Source: Octopus sinensis (taxonomy: Eukaryota). From it: a stretch of DNA of 64,000 nucleotides. Position 1 is the stretch's first letter, and the number at the start of each line of letters is the position of its first letter. Below the pieces are notes generated by a model. It was given only the letters and a program-made list of their open reading frames with translations, did no database searches and had not been told where the DNA came from. The translations under genes were made by a program, and so were the position numbers. The stretch lies in the NCBI RefSeq assembly GCF_006345805.1, contig NC_043022.1, positions 23,374,001-23,438,000 on the forward strand, written 5' to 3'. Below, in pieces: positions 50,807 through 63,390 of this stretch.

Positions 50807-52240
50807 ATGGAATTCGACTTGGCGTCGAAGAATGACTTCCCCGCGATGGGAACAAGTGAATTAAAGGAAACGGAAGTAACCAAACAGTCTTTTTCGGCCG
50901 CGGTAGGCGGAACCATGATGGACGTTGAATTCAAGATCGAACAACTGTTCGAATTCAGGAACTTGGTAAAAATGGAAGGAAACGAAGTCAAACTTGTACC
51001 GCCGCAGGCAAAGGTACAAGAAATAAAGGAGAAAACAGTCATATATAAAGTGTATAGCTACAAAGAAAAGAAAATTATGGACGTTAGAAACGAATTGGTC
51101 GAAAAGTGCTTGTCCCCGGTGTGGGACAAAAGCCGCCATGTCGTCCGAGGTGCGCGTAGCGCTACTGTTGAGGCACATTTTGACTCGGCTGAGATAGCAA
51201 GAGAGGTATCATCATTGACCCTGAAAAATGATGAGATCATGCTGCTACCCTCGTACATGGGAAAAAGAACAGCGAAACTGCTGGTAGAGGACATACCGAG
51301 AGGATACGATATAATGTGGGTAGCAGCAGCGGTCCTGCACAATATAGAGCGGGAAATTTCGATTCTGCAGATGAGAAGGAAAGAGGAGGTACGCTGGAAG
51401 GGACAGACGCTGGAGCTCCTCGTTCAGGCGGAAAACAAGATATTAGAGAACCTGCCCGATAGGATATTCAACGAAGATGGAACATCCATGAGAGTATCAG
51501 TAGAGGGACACAGACCTAGATGTTTTAAATGTGGAGAGAAGGGTCACGTCCGCTCGAACTGCATAAAAAAGAAGAAAACCAACGAAGCCCCTCCTCAAAG
51601 TGCTTCAAACACTGAAGGGGAGAAGGCAGAAAAGGATAACAAGACGACGACAAGCATAGAAACAGAAACGGATTGTACCGAACACATGGACTACACACAG
51701 GTAACACACAAAAGAAAAAAAGACAACACCCTGGAGTCCCCTCCCCAAACAAGGAAAAAACCAGCAAGCACCGCAGACATACACACGAAACAAATCCCCC
51801 AGCCCTACCCCCATGGCACTGTTTTCATTGGGAAACAGTTCGCCAAGCCCCTCCCCATAAAACAAGATGTGAAAAAGTCTTTAAAAAAAAATGATAAGAT
51901 CATTGCTTTTGATGAAAAAAATGAAAGGGTATATAAATACTATAAATTTTCAAAATTTAAATTATATAGCAAGGCCACAGACATAAAAGCAACCACTCGC
52001 TTCGCGAAAATAAAGGAAGACGAGTGGAAGGAGGAAGTTCTTCAAGAACATCTAAAGAATAGACTGATCAGAGATGTGACAAAAGAAGTTCTGGAGGGTA
52101 AACTCGTTATAACCCCGGCAACCACACCTACCCAGAGCCCGGTGGCAACGCCGGTTAAGAGCCCTGCAGCTACGACCACAAGGGAGGAAGAAGGGGAAGC
52201 GGGCAGACTTAAACTGTCATGCTCCCTTTCTCAACCGTAA
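50807..52240 (+). CDS. LINE ORF1 (477 aa), gag-like with a CCHC zinc knuckle
   Basis: CFKCGEKGHVRSNC, uninterrupted frame. Confidence 0.9.
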   Translation: MEFDLASKNDFPAMGTSELKETEVTKQSFSAAVGGTMMDVEFKIEQLFEFRNLVKMEGNEVKLVPPQAKVQEIKEKTVIYKVYSYKEKKIMDVRNELVEKCLSPVWDKSRHVVRGARSATVEAHFDSAEIAREVSSLTLKNDEIMLLPSYMGKRTAKLLVEDIPRGYDIMWVAAAVLHNIEREISILQMRRKEEVRWKGQTLELLVQAENKILENLPDRIFNEDGTSMRVSVEGHRPRCFKCGEKGHVRSNCIKKKKTNEAPPQSASNTEGEKAEKDNKTTTSIETETDCTEHMDYTQVTHKRKKDNTLESPPQTRKKPASTADIHTKQIPQPYPHGTVFIGKQFAKPLPIKQDVKKSLKKNDKIIAFDEKNERVYKYYKFSKFKLYSKATDIKATTRFAKIKEDEWKEEVLQEHLKNRLIRDVTKEVLEGKLVITPATTPTQSPVATPVKSPAATTTREEEGEAGRLKLSCSLSQP

Positions 52241-52266
52241 GTTCATTTATTTTTCTCTCACCGACA

Positions 52267-55200
52267 ATGGCTAAGCTGGGTTGTGTGAATGTACGTGGAA
52301 TGGGGTCGAAACGGAAACAAATTTGTTTCCTGAACGACCTCACGACACATGGAGTAGACATAGCTATTGCAACCGAGTCCAAGATGAGCGAGGCCCAAGC
52401 GTTCTCGCCTCTTCTAAATGGGTTCGAGAAATTTATTTCTCCTAGCCGAGGAGGAGGCAGAGGCGTGGCAGTCCTTATCAGGAAGAGCTTGGACTTGCAG
52501 GTAAGTACTGTCTTTCTGGACCCAGAAGGCAGGCTGGTTGTTCTGGATGTGACCCACGTAAGTAAACACTCCTTCAGGTTGGTAGCTGTCTACACTCCGA
52601 ACGAGGGTAAACAGACGGGTTTTTTTCGGAACCTGGAGCCCTTTTTAGCGACGTCGAAAACGGTAATCTTAGTAGGGGACTTTAACACTGTCCTTGAAGC
52701 GCGGGTCGACAGTGTTGGCTCAACCAATAGGAAGGGGAACCCTAGCCTCAAGGGTCTACTAGAGAGCTTTGATCTAGTGGACCGTTATCGACTGGATGAG
52801 CCGAGCGTTCCACAGTGGACGTGGAGTAACAACGACGGCTCACACAGATCGTATCTAGATAGGATATTTATTAAGAAAAGAGATAAGGATACGTTTAGTT
52901 GTCCACAATTTCACATTGTGCCTTACACGGATCACAAATTTGTGACGTGTAGGATGCAATTAGACAAGTGTCATAGACAGGGATCCGGGTACTGGAAGCT
53001 GAACAAGGCTATTTTGAATTGTGAAGACTTCCGTACCCGGATTAAGGTGTTAGTACAGAGGGCATTGTGTGGCACCATCATTAACAATAGATGGTGGCAC
53101 TCCCTCAAAAGAGCCATTCGTTCAGAGTCCATCAGATTTAGCAATCAGCTAAGGATAGATAGGTCTAGGATAGAGGACGATTTAGTTAAGAATCTAAACG
53201 AGGCAATGGAAGCTGGCTCTGCATCCGGAGTGTTGGCGGCAAGGACGGTATTGTACCGTCACCTTAACTCCAAACACGAAGGTTGCAGAGTCAGAGCTAA
53301 GCTACGCGCTGGGAAACGAGAAGGTATTAACGTTGCTGGATGGGCCCGTCGAGTGGAGAGTCAGAGAGGTAACAAAGCCTCAATCCAATCTTTAACTGAC
53401 GAACAGGGACAAAAGATCTATGGACAGGAGGAGATGCAAAAGTTTCTTCACCAGCATTTCGCCCGCGTGTTCGGGGGTGGTGTGGCGCCGGAGCGGGGGA
53501 GGACCTTAAAGGACTTCCTGGCCGGCGGGCCACGGCTCTCGGGGCGTGAGATGGAGTGCTGTGAAGAAGCGATCACTCCCGCGGAGATAGAGGGGATACT
53601 GGCCGGATGCGCCGGGGAGAAGTCGCTGGGGTTGGATGGTCTGCCCTACGAGTTTTACCAAAGTATGCCGGACTTGTTCGGGGGAATATTGGCAGGCGTC
53701 TACACGAACTGGCAGCAGAATGGGAGGATTCCCAGTTCTGTAAGCCGGGGAGTGGTGACGCTAATCCAGAAAGACCCGAGCAAGGGGGATAACATTAGTA
53801 ACTACAGGCCCATAACTCTACTTAATGTAGAGTTAAAGATTCTGGCCAAGGTGTTGGCAAAAAGGTTGACGGTTGTCGTGGAGAAACTTGTAGGGAGAGC
53901 ACAGACATGTGCAATTCCAGGCAGGTCGATCCAGGACAACCTTCACCTTATACGCTACACCTTAGATAGGGTGGGTAAATTAACCGGCAAGGGCGGGGTA
54001 ATGGTCCATTTAGACCAAAGTAAAGCGTTCGATAGGGTAGACCATGAGTACCTGGCGACGGTCCTCGAAGCGGCTGGACTGGGCCCTGAATTTCGCGGGT
54101 GGATCTCCGCTATGTATAGCGGCATCAAGTCCACCGTCCAGATAAACGGTTACCTAACGGAACCGTTTTCGATCGAATGTTCAGTTCGTCAAGGGTGCCC
54201 CTTGTCACCACTTTTGTACGTATTGGCTCTTGAGCCATTGCTGCGAAGGTTGGAGAGACTGGGAAGTAACTCGGATGAGATCGGAGGTGGGAGGACGGTT
54301 ACTGCTTATGCGGATGACGTCACCCTCATCGTGTCCAATGAGGCCCAGCTACCTTGTGTGGAAGAGGCTATCAGAGGATACGAGGCGGTGGCAGGAGCAA
54401 AGGTTAACAAGGACAAGTCGGTTGGCTTGCGCCTCGGCACCTGGAGGAGCAAGTCGATATCGTCCAGTGTCCCACGACACTGGACGGATGGCCCTGTTAA
54501 GTTGCTAGGAGTTTGGTTTGGGCCAGACTCCCAAACGGAGAGGAACTGGAGTGAAGTGACGAGCAAGGTGGAGGCCATAGTACGGACCTGGTCCGGAAGG
54601 TTTCTGTCCTTGAAAGGAAGGGCGGAGGTGGTACGGATGTTCATTGCATCTGTAATCACTTACCGCCTGACCGTTGTCCCTTGCCCCGACTCATGGCTTA
54701 GCAAGTTGGAGCGAATCCTTTTCCGCTTTTTGTGGAAGGGAGGAAAGCCACTTGTGAGGCGCTCCGTTTGCTGCCAGGAACCGTCGAAGGGTGGGTTAGG
54801 AATGCCTTGGTTGATGATGCACAGACATGCGTTGAGGCTGAAGCATCTCTGGCACCACCTGGAGGGTGATAAGGTGTGGAGTCCGCTGGCAGGGGGATTT
54901 TTCCCGAGTCCGGCCTCCTTAGTGAATTTTAAACCCGGTCTCATCAGAAGATGGAAACTGACTTCATGGCAAAAGGAGTGCCGACAGGCACTCACGCTGA
55001 TCCACAAGGCGGGCAAGGCCGGCTGCGGAAATACCACCTCGGTATTTTATAGAAGGCTGGTAGAGGTAAAAAACGACGACGTCCTAGGAGGGGCTCTGGG
55101 GTTTGACGAAGACCAGCTTATCAACCTGTTTAAAAAGACTTTCAGGACGGGGTATTTGGATAATTTCCAAAGATCCCTGGCCTGGCAGTGCTATAGGAAT

Positions 55201-55656
55201 GCTTTACCTGTTCGCGAGAAGTTATCGCGGCACGGAATTCCAGTGCCACCGACGTGTCCAAGGTGCGAGTTGGACGATGAAACCGTCCAGCACGCTTTTG
55301 TACACTGTCGGAAGTTGTCCGACTTGATAAGTTACACAGAACACGTGTTATCGCATCTGGGACGAGTACAGCTGTCGGCTGAGTCTATGATTAAGATGAT
55401 ACCGCCAACTGGACTCTCGAAGGAAGGTGAGGCATGTTTTCACTGCACGGTTGCAGTAGTAAAAGAGTGTATGTGGCGAACAAGAATGGAAGGAGTCGCG
55501 ATAGGATCCTTTGTCTCGGGCCCCGGCTTGCTCACTTACTTCAGATATCATCTGAAGAGCAAAATGGGGCTGGAAAAGAGGATCTTACCACGGGGTGTGT
55601 ATGAGAAAAGATGGAAGGAAGTGGAAAAAAAGGTGGGCGTCAGAAACCCAGCTTAA
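52267..55656 (+). CDS. LINE ORF2 (1129 aa from ATG 52267; the frame is open from 52219): APE endonuclease, reverse transcriptase, zf-RVT
   Basis: NVRG, VGDFN, YLDRIF, TDH (APE); KSLGLDGLP, NYRPITLL, DQSKAFDRV, QGCPLSP, YADD (RT); CPRC..ETVQHAFVHC. Confidence 0.96.
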   Translation: MAKLGCVNVRGMGSKRKQICFLNDLTTHGVDIAIATESKMSEAQAFSPLLNGFEKFISPSRGGGRGVAVLIRKSLDLQVSTVFLDPEGRLVVLDVTHVSKHSFRLVAVYTPNEGKQTGFFRNLEPFLATSKTVILVGDFNTVLEARVDSVGSTNRKGNPSLKGLLESFDLVDRYRLDEPSVPQWTWSNNDGSHRSYLDRIFIKKRDKDTFSCPQFHIVPYTDHKFVTCRMQLDKCHRQGSGYWKLNKAILNCEDFRTRIKVLVQRALCGTIINNRWWHSLKRAIRSESIRFSNQLRIDRSRIEDDLVKNLNEAMEAGSASGVLAARTVLYRHLNSKHEGCRVRAKLRAGKREGINVAGWARRVESQRGNKASIQSLTDEQGQKIYGQEEMQKFLHQHFARVFGGGVAPERGRTLKDFLAGGPRLSGREMECCEEAITPAEIEGILAGCAGEKSLGLDGLPYEFYQSMPDLFGGILAGVYTNWQQNGRIPSSVSRGVVTLIQKDPSKGDNISNYRPITLLNVELKILAKVLAKRLTVVVEKLVGRAQTCAIPGRSIQDNLHLIRYTLDRVGKLTGKGGVMVHLDQSKAFDRVDHEYLATVLEAAGLGPEFRGWISAMYSGIKSTVQINGYLTEPFSIECSVRQGCPLSPLLYVLALEPLLRRLERLGSNSDEIGGGRTVTAYADDVTLIVSNEAQLPCVEEAIRGYEAVAGAKVNKDKSVGLRLGTWRSKSISSSVPRHWTDGPVKLLGVWFGPDSQTERNWSEVTSKVEAIVRTWSGRFLSLKGRAEVVRMFIASVITYRLTVVPCPDSWLSKLERILFRFLWKGGKPLVRRSVCCQEPSKGGLGMPWLMMHRHALRLKHLWHHLEGDKVWSPLAGGFFPSPASLVNFKPGLIRRWKLTSWQKECRQALTLIHKAGKAGCGNTTSVFYRRLVEVKNDDVLGGALGFDEDQLINLFKKTFRTGYLDNFQRSLAWQCYRNALPVREKLSRHGIPVPPTCPRCELDDETVQHAFVHCRKLSDLISYTEHVLSHLGRVQLSAESMIKMIPPTGLSKEGEACFHCTVAVVKECMWRTRMEGVAIGSFVSGPGLLTYFRYHLKSKMGLEKRILPRGVYEKRWKEVEKKVGVRNPA

Positions 55657-56393
55657 CTATGGAGGGAGGAGAGGAAACAAAAGCTGCGGGGCCTTATAAA
55701 TTGCCGGGGTTTATAACTTCGGTAAGATCGAAAGTCTATGTAAATGTTACAATATTCTATTGGTCATGTAAAGGACAATTTACAGACGAATTTTTATAAT
55801 GAATAATCCAAATGTTACGAAAAATTTTTAATCGAACCTCTTAACTGTTTTTTACATGTATGTTCTGTATTTGTCCTTCTATGTAACGATTATATAATCA
55901 TAATAAAGAAATTACAGTAAAAAATTGTGAAGCATGACTGTCACCACTACTACATGAACCTGAAGATTGCAGAATTTAATGCATGAAAGTACAAGTTCAA
56001 TCAGAATGAACATTTAACATTCTACTATTTTATTTTATTCTATTATAATATATAATCTTATAATATATCATTATAAGATTGTAAATAAAACGTGAAAATC
56101 AGACAAGGTTGGAATTCCTTTTATTAATATATTCTTCTATACACAATCACACATACCCATATATATATATATATACACACACATATATACATATATATAT
56201 ACACACACACACAAATTATATATATATATATATATATATACATAGATATATATATACATCATCATCATTGTTCAACCGTGGTCGAGACAATGGAATTTAC
56301 CATGCTATGCCAGACTGTTGCTGGATGCCGACAAATTCTCAACAAATTTCCTAGGACCAACCTATATATATATATACACACACACATATACAT

Positions 56394-56442
<49 letters not shown>

Positions 56443-56944
56443 ATATGTATGTATATGTACAACAGGCTTCTTTCAGTATCCATCTACCAAATGCTCTCAC
56501 AAAGCTTTAGTAGACCCAGTAGAATATGCTTGCCAACAGAAGTGCAAACTGCTTACTGCACAACCATACGCTTGCTTCTGTTGATATTTAAACAATATAT
56601 TATTTTCAAAAATAGATATTTTCAGCAAAATTCAGCCTCAACAGAATTGACCTATGACGAAAATCATTTCAGCTATGACTAACCACCCATTGTTGAATCA
56701 GACCCGTGTAGTATATCTAAAAAGTTATGAATGGTGGTCTAAAACGCAATCAGTTCGGTTATAGTTTTGCCATTTTATTGACGCTTAATGCCTCTCGTTA
56801 TTCAGCAGTCAGTTACAGAATCAAATAATTTTTGCAATCAATCCTGCAGACCAGACCTATTAACCATTTTCCTTCAATAGTGCCATGCTTCTGACACAGT
56901 TCTTTTTGAATATCACTAGTTTGTTTGGTACCTCTCCAAATTTC

Positions 56945-57620
56945 CAGTTTAATCTCCCTCCCTCTCTCACACATTTTCTCACCCTCTCTCATTCCCTCTC
57001 TCTCTCTCACTGACTCCCTTTCCCTCTCTCTCTCTCTCTCTCTCTTATTATGTCTGTCTTCTATTTTTAACTCTAATCACTGTGTTGATAATTGCCCCCA
57101 CCCCCACCTTCCCTTTCCTCTTTCTCACTCTCTTTGTCGTAACAATTTTCCGTCCCTATTTCACTCCCCCTTCTCTTGGAGTGTTTATCTTCCTTTCATC
57201 CTCGAGTCTAATCTATGAGTGTCAATTCTAGCCTGTTCTCTCTCTCTCTCTCTCTTTTATAATGTCTCTCTTCCTTTCATCTTTGAATCTAAATTTATTG
57301 ATAGTAGGCTCTGTTTTCACTTCCCCTTTCTCTCTCACTCTCACCCCCTCTCTCTATTGGAAGTAGTAGTTGTCCATTCTTTTCCCTCGTCGCTCTTTCT
57401 CACTTCCGCTTTTCTCCCTCTCTGTGTCATGCTCCTTCTCTCTCTCTTGCAGCATATATCTTTCTTCCATCTTTGACTCAAATCTATGAGTTGATACTAG
57501 CCTCTTCTCATTCTTCGTTTTCTCTCTCTCTCTCTCTCTCTGTCTCTGTTGGGACTAACAGCTGTCTGTCATTCTTATTATTTCTCACTATCTCTCTCTT
57601 TCTTTCCCTCTCTCCCCACC
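56945..57620. repeat. Degenerate (CT)n-rich pyrimidine tract
   Basis: Directly visible. Confidence 0.8.
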
Positions 57621-60600
57621 AGGCACCTTACACATGGGGGAGGACTTTCCCTTTTTCCCTTTTACTTGTTTCAGTCATGTGACTGTTGCCATGCTGGAGC
57701 ACCGCCTTTAGTCAAGCAAATCAACCCCAGGACTTATTCTATCGGTCTCTTTTTTGCCGAACCGCTAAGTTATGGGGACGTAAGCACACCACCATTGGTT
57801 ATCAAGTGATGTTGGGGGGGGGGGGCAAACACAGACACACAAATACACACATACATATATATATATATATATACATATATACAATAGGCTTCTTTTAGTT
57901 TCCATCTACCAAATCAACTCACAAGGCTCGAGGCTATAGTAGAAGACACTTACCCAAGGTGCCACACAGCGGGACTGAACCCGGAACCATGTGGTTCGTA
58001 AGCAAGCTACTTACCGCACAGCTACTCCTACGACTTGGTGATCTTTAGTTCGCATCCTTTCTCTTTATACCAAATTTCAAAAATATATTTTAATACAATG
58101 TGCAGTGCTCCAGCATGGCCGCAGTCAAATGACTGAAACGAGTAAAAGAGAGTAAGAGTATTATCTGCACTAGTTTTTGTGTTTCTAAATCAATATGTAG
58201 AAAGTCTAACTTGGCTGTTATCTTTTTTTATCTTTTAGTTGTTTTGGTCTTTAGACTCAAGCCATGCTGGGGAACCGCCATGACGAATTTTTAGCTGAAT
58301 GAATCGACCCCAGTAGTTATTTTTATTTTGGATCTTTTTGGTTTGAACGGCAGTATTTTAAAATAATTTCCACGTAACTAAACACTTTTAAACTTTGTAT
58401 ACTGGTAGAATGTGTTTATAAAACATCTTTTTCTCTTGGCTTTATTGAGAAAATTCTATTGTTTGTAAGGTATCTGTTGTTGTTTTTTTCTTCAATTTCT
58501 GCAATTTCAACCTATCAATGACGTCTATTTGAGGTGAAAACATTCTGTGCCGTATGAATATGTCCCTCGTTTAGAAAACAGATTGGGTTTATTTACATTT
58601 GTGAAGAAAAAAAGATACCCTTCTACCCACCCCTAACCCTAACCCTAAAACAGATTGAAATGCAATAGATCGATACTAGGGTGATAATTATGGGTGACAA
58701 TTTCATATGACACTGCTAGAAAAAACTGCAGGGTTGGCGAAAGCGATGAGGTGGACAACGAAAAACCTGGCTGATGAGAGTCAAGGTTGATCTGGAACCC
58801 AACCTAGGGCCCCATATCTACAGCATTTGCCGCTGGAATAGGGAATCATTGGAGATCACACGGTCGTTAGCCCCAAATCACCAGGTCTGATCTGCGTTCG
58901 TGAGAGATGCAGCATTGAGGATGAATGAAGCCAGTCTGTCCTTGTTTGTCCTCTCTGTGTTTAGCCCCTTGTGGGTAGTAAAGAAATAGGTATTTCGTCT
59001 GCGGTTACGTTGTGAGTTCAAATTCCGCCGAGGTTGACCTTTCGGGGTTGATAAATTAAGTACCAGTTATGCACTGGGGTCAATGTAATCAACTTAATCC
59101 CCTGTGTGTCCTTGTTTGCCCCCTCTATATTTTAGCACCTTGTGGGCAATAAGGAAATAAGAAATAAGATAGACAGTTTCCATCTACTAAATCTACTCAC
59201 AAGGCTTTGGTTAGCCCAAGGCTGTAGCAGAAGACACTTACCCAAGGTGTCATGCAGTAGAACCGAACTCTAAACTATGAAGTTGGGAAGCAAGCTTCTT
59301 AACTATACAGCCACACTTGCACCCTCAAATAATTAAAACATGATTTTTAGAATTTAATCTTCAGCAAAATAGAATTTTAAAAAATTAATTTTATTAGTGA
59401 TGAAGTAGGTGTTACATAGCAACTTGGCAATCATGTATGTTATTAGGTTATAACCTCAAAAGAAACATGACCGTAGTTCTCTAGGCTTTCGGCCTCTAAA
59501 AAAAATCGCTCTTCCCTCTTTCATTTTATCAGTAAAAATAGATTTGAATTTTTATCAGTTGCTAAGATATGATTTGCCTGTTCTGTTTCCTTTATAGACC
59601 ACATGCAAATGACAAATAAGGAAACAAAATGATGCAAGAGTGGATTCGGGAGTATAAAACTGAAAGAAGCCTTATGTGTGTGTGTTCTTGTGTTTCTGTT
59701 TGTCTCCCTCCACCATTTGACAGCCAGTGTTAGTTTGTTTACATCCCCATAGTTTAGTGATTTGGTAAAAGAGACCAATAGAATAAGTATCAGGCTCAAA
59801 AAATAAATAAGTACTGAGGTTGGTCTGTTCAACTAAATCCCTGCAAGGCAGTGCCCTAATTTGGCTGCAATCCAATGACTGGAATAAGTAATGGTAAAAG
59901 ACAGACGCATACACAATTTATACACAGTTAAATGTATGAACCACATCTACTCAGTATATCAGCTAATTAAACGACTTTTTAGCATTTCCACCGGTGGCAC
60001 ATAAAAAGCACCATTCGAGCGTGGTCGTTACCAGCATCACCTTACTGGCTCCTATGCAGGTGACATGTAAAAAACACCATTTGAGCGTGGCCACTGCCAG
60101 TACCGCCTGACTGGCACTCATGCCGGTGGTACATAAAAGCACCCACTACACTCTCAGAAGGGCATCCAGCTGTAGAAACTGCCAAATCAGATTGGAGCCT
60201 GGTGCAGCGATCTGGTTCACCAGTCCTCAGTCAAATTGTCCAACCCATGCTAGAATGGAAAGCGGATGTTAAATGATGATGATGATGATGATGATGATAT
60301 AGTGAAAGTATCATAGATCAGCCAACTAAATGACCTGTCAGCATTTCAATAAAATTCAGACATAATGAAAGTACTAGGAAGTTGGATAGATAGAGATACA
60401 GAGACACAATTCTAGTTATATGAGTTGATAATGGAAAAGAAGTCAAGTACACCAAAAATGTTTTGTTGTTTGTTCCTTTTCAAGCCATGCCTGGCTCATA
60501 AGGGCTGGTTCCCCGGTTTCTTGGCGTATAGGTTCCCCACCTGGATGGGACGCCAGTCCGTTGCAGGTGAGCTGCAAGATGCAGGAGGAAAGAATGAGAG

Positions 60601-60779
60601 AAAGTTGTGGCGAAAGAGTCAGCAGAAGTTCGCCATTACCTTCTGCCGGAGCCGCGTGGAGCTTAGGTGTTTCGCTCATAAACACACATCGCCTGGTCTG
60701 ATATTCGAACCCACGATCCCTCAACCGCGAGTCTGCTGCTCTAACCACTAGGCCATGTGCCTCCACAACACCAAAAATG

Positions 60780-60812
<33 letters not shown>

Positions 60813-61714
60813 TTGTGTATGCATGTGACTGATGAAGCCAGTCACTGGGATGTTATTCTAAATACTCTGGCTGTCAGTAAATGTCATTAGTCTTTAGCCT
60901 CCATCACAAAAACAACAGCTGTAGTGTTGAGATGTATCCTGTTTTTGGTAGGGTAAAATGAGGACTTTCTTTGTCTGCTTTGTCTTCACAGTCCTATAAC
61001 TGTATCCTGCAGTATTGTTTGACGATCATATTGTGTTGGGACACATGTCCATATAAGTGAACTTTCATCATTTCACTGAAGTAAGAAGTTGTCTTTTGTA
61101 TGCCAGCCTATTTTGATAACTAGCAGGCAGATTAAGTTTTGCTTTGTGTATGAAATGCAGAGCAGCTTTCTGAAGCACTTGCACTTGAACTACTAAGTTA
61201 TATATTCATTCTGCATCCACTATGAATGTTCAGTTTTTTTCTACCCATAAAAAAAAGACTGAGGTCATCAGGGACTAGTTCAGTTTGAGCTTTGTTGAAA
61301 ACTAATAGAAATACTTAACTATATGGTGCTCAGCTATATCACAAGCCAGGTCTTAGTGAGCAGTAGGGTTTTTTTTCCATTCAACATGACATTTGTTACT
61401 GTATTGTGATTGTGGCTGTCAATCAGAATCTTATTATTTTCTGGACCGAATTTCATTCCTTATGTTCTTGACACTCTTTCCAGTCTGATGCTGACCAGTC
61501 ATCCTTTTTGCTAGATCACCTATGGTCTTATATGCTACACCACTGGTTTTCAGTTCATATTAATCAAATTAATATTCACAACAAGAAGGACTATTCATTA
61601 TAATACATCAGTTCCACACATTTACCCTGGTTCCATTTCGGACAACTGCACAAACATTTGCCATTTCACACATGTATGTAAACAAATTCCTTTCTTAAAA
61701 ATTTCAATTCATTT

Positions 61715-62530
61715 TCTTTTTCAATTCATACAAAGTTTTTTAGGACGAATATAAGATCTAAAGTATATCCAAGTAGCAGAAAGATCGCCCAAAAGTGTAT
61801 ATAGATATTTAAATGTATTTATATATTCATCTATACACAGATGTATGTATAATGTGTGTGTATATATTTCCATAGACGTAAAGTTATTTAGGACGAATAT
61901 AAGATCTAAAGTATATCCAAGTAGCAGAAAGATCACCCAAAAGTGTATATAGATATTTAAATGTATTTATATATTCATCTATGCACACATGTATGTATAA
62001 CGTGTGTGTATATATTTCCATAGAGGTAACCATTCAATTCATACAAAGTTTTTTAGGACGAATATAAGATCTAAAGTATATCCAAGTAGCAGAAAGATCG
62101 CCCAAAAGTGTATATAGATATTTAAATGTATTTATATATTCATCTATACACAGATGTATGTATAATGTGTGTGTATATATTTCCATAGACGTAAAGTTAT
62201 TTAGGACGAATATAAGATCTAAAGTATATCCAAGTAGCAGAAAGATCACCCAAAAGTGTATATAGATATTTAAATGTATTTATATATTCATCTATGCACA
62301 CATGTATGTATAACGTGTGTGTATATATTTCCATAGAGGTAACCATTCACTCCATACAAAGTTTTTTAGGACGAAAATAAGATCTAAAGTTATCTCTAAG
62401 AAACAGAAAGATCGCCCAAAAGTGTATATAGATATTTAAATGTATTTATATATTCATCTATACACACATGTATGTATAATGTGCATGTATATATTTCCAT
62501 AGAGGTAACCATTCAATCCATACAAAGTTT
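61715..62530 (+). repeat. Tandem array of ~149/164-bp monomers with a 313-bp higher-order period
   Basis: Identical ORFs at 61721-61936 and 62034-62249 give the 313-bp period. About five monomers. Confidence 0.9.
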
Positions 62531-62543
62531 TTTAGGATGAAAA

Positions 62544-63390
62544 TATTTATATATAAAAGAAAGGTTGTGTGTCTGTCTACTCCGATTTAGATTCCTAACT
62601 ACTCCCACATTTTGCGATGCCGTTTAACCAAAACCGGGTATCTTATAGTCGTGATTCATATCGAGCCCTTCTGGGTATTAGCACGCGTCTACGATGAGTC
62701 TACGATTTTACAAATAATTTACCATCATTTTTTTCCATTTTAATGCATATTTCTTTAAATAAAGGGAAGTAACTTTCAAACTTCACACCAATATGCATGC
62801 TCATATGCGACGTAATATCACATCAGCAGCATTTCCTCACACCCTCCTTGCACTTGGCGAAGGCAAAATACCAGGGGATGAAAATGGTAATATTGCCATC
62901 GATTCCATTTGTACTATTGTTAAGACGCCTTCTGATCTCAGAGATGCAGTGTTCCCAGATCTACAAGCTAATTATCAGAATATGGATTGGATTGGCAAAA
63001 AGGCTATACTGGCCCCGAGGAATAAAACTGTTCACCATATTAATGATGAAATGCTAAAACTCATTCCTGGGGAAGTCTATGTATATCAGTCTATCGATAC
63101 AACTCCTGACCCAGAGGACGTCATCAACTATCCAATAGAGGTACTCAATTCCTTTGAGCACCCCGGACTACCACCACACTTTCTCAAACTTAAAGTTGGT
63201 GCCCCTATAATGCTCATCAGAAATTTGGTTCCCCCAAAACAATGCAATGGCACACGTTTGATCGTTAAGTCCTTATCTCCCACCGTAAACTTATATCAAT
63301 ATTTGCCTGAATAATCATCATAATTCAGTGCAATCATTAACAGTACTTTCAAGCAATTCAGCCCCGAGCAACGCCGGGCAATTCTGCTAG
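62544..63390 (+). mobile_element. Internally deleted Helitron carrying a PIF1-helicase fragment
   Basis: 5' end like 11296-11691. ORF 62793-63314 reads ..AILAPRN..YPIEVLNS..PGLPPH.LKLKVGAPIMLIRNL..CNGTRL. 3' cccgagcaacgccggg hairpin and CTAG at 63387-63390. Confidence 0.88.

Larger units (their letters stand above)
50601..55912 (+). mobile_element. Full-length Tx1/L1-clade non-LTR retrotransposon
   Basis: 14-bp TSD TACAGTAAAAAATT at 50587-50600 and 55913-55926. Two intact ORFs. AATAAA at 55902-55907. GC-richer than the flanks. Confidence 0.92.

Noticed and set aside
52237-52276. GTAAGT donor at the ORF1 stop suggesting an ORF1-ORF2 spliced fusion
   Set aside because: The nearest AG gives a ~40-nt intron, too short to be convincing; no other support.
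58728-58930. GC-rich insert with CTGATGA: hammerhead or endonuclease fragment
   Set aside because: No GAAA or stem III follows the core, and the protein similarity is too weak to call.
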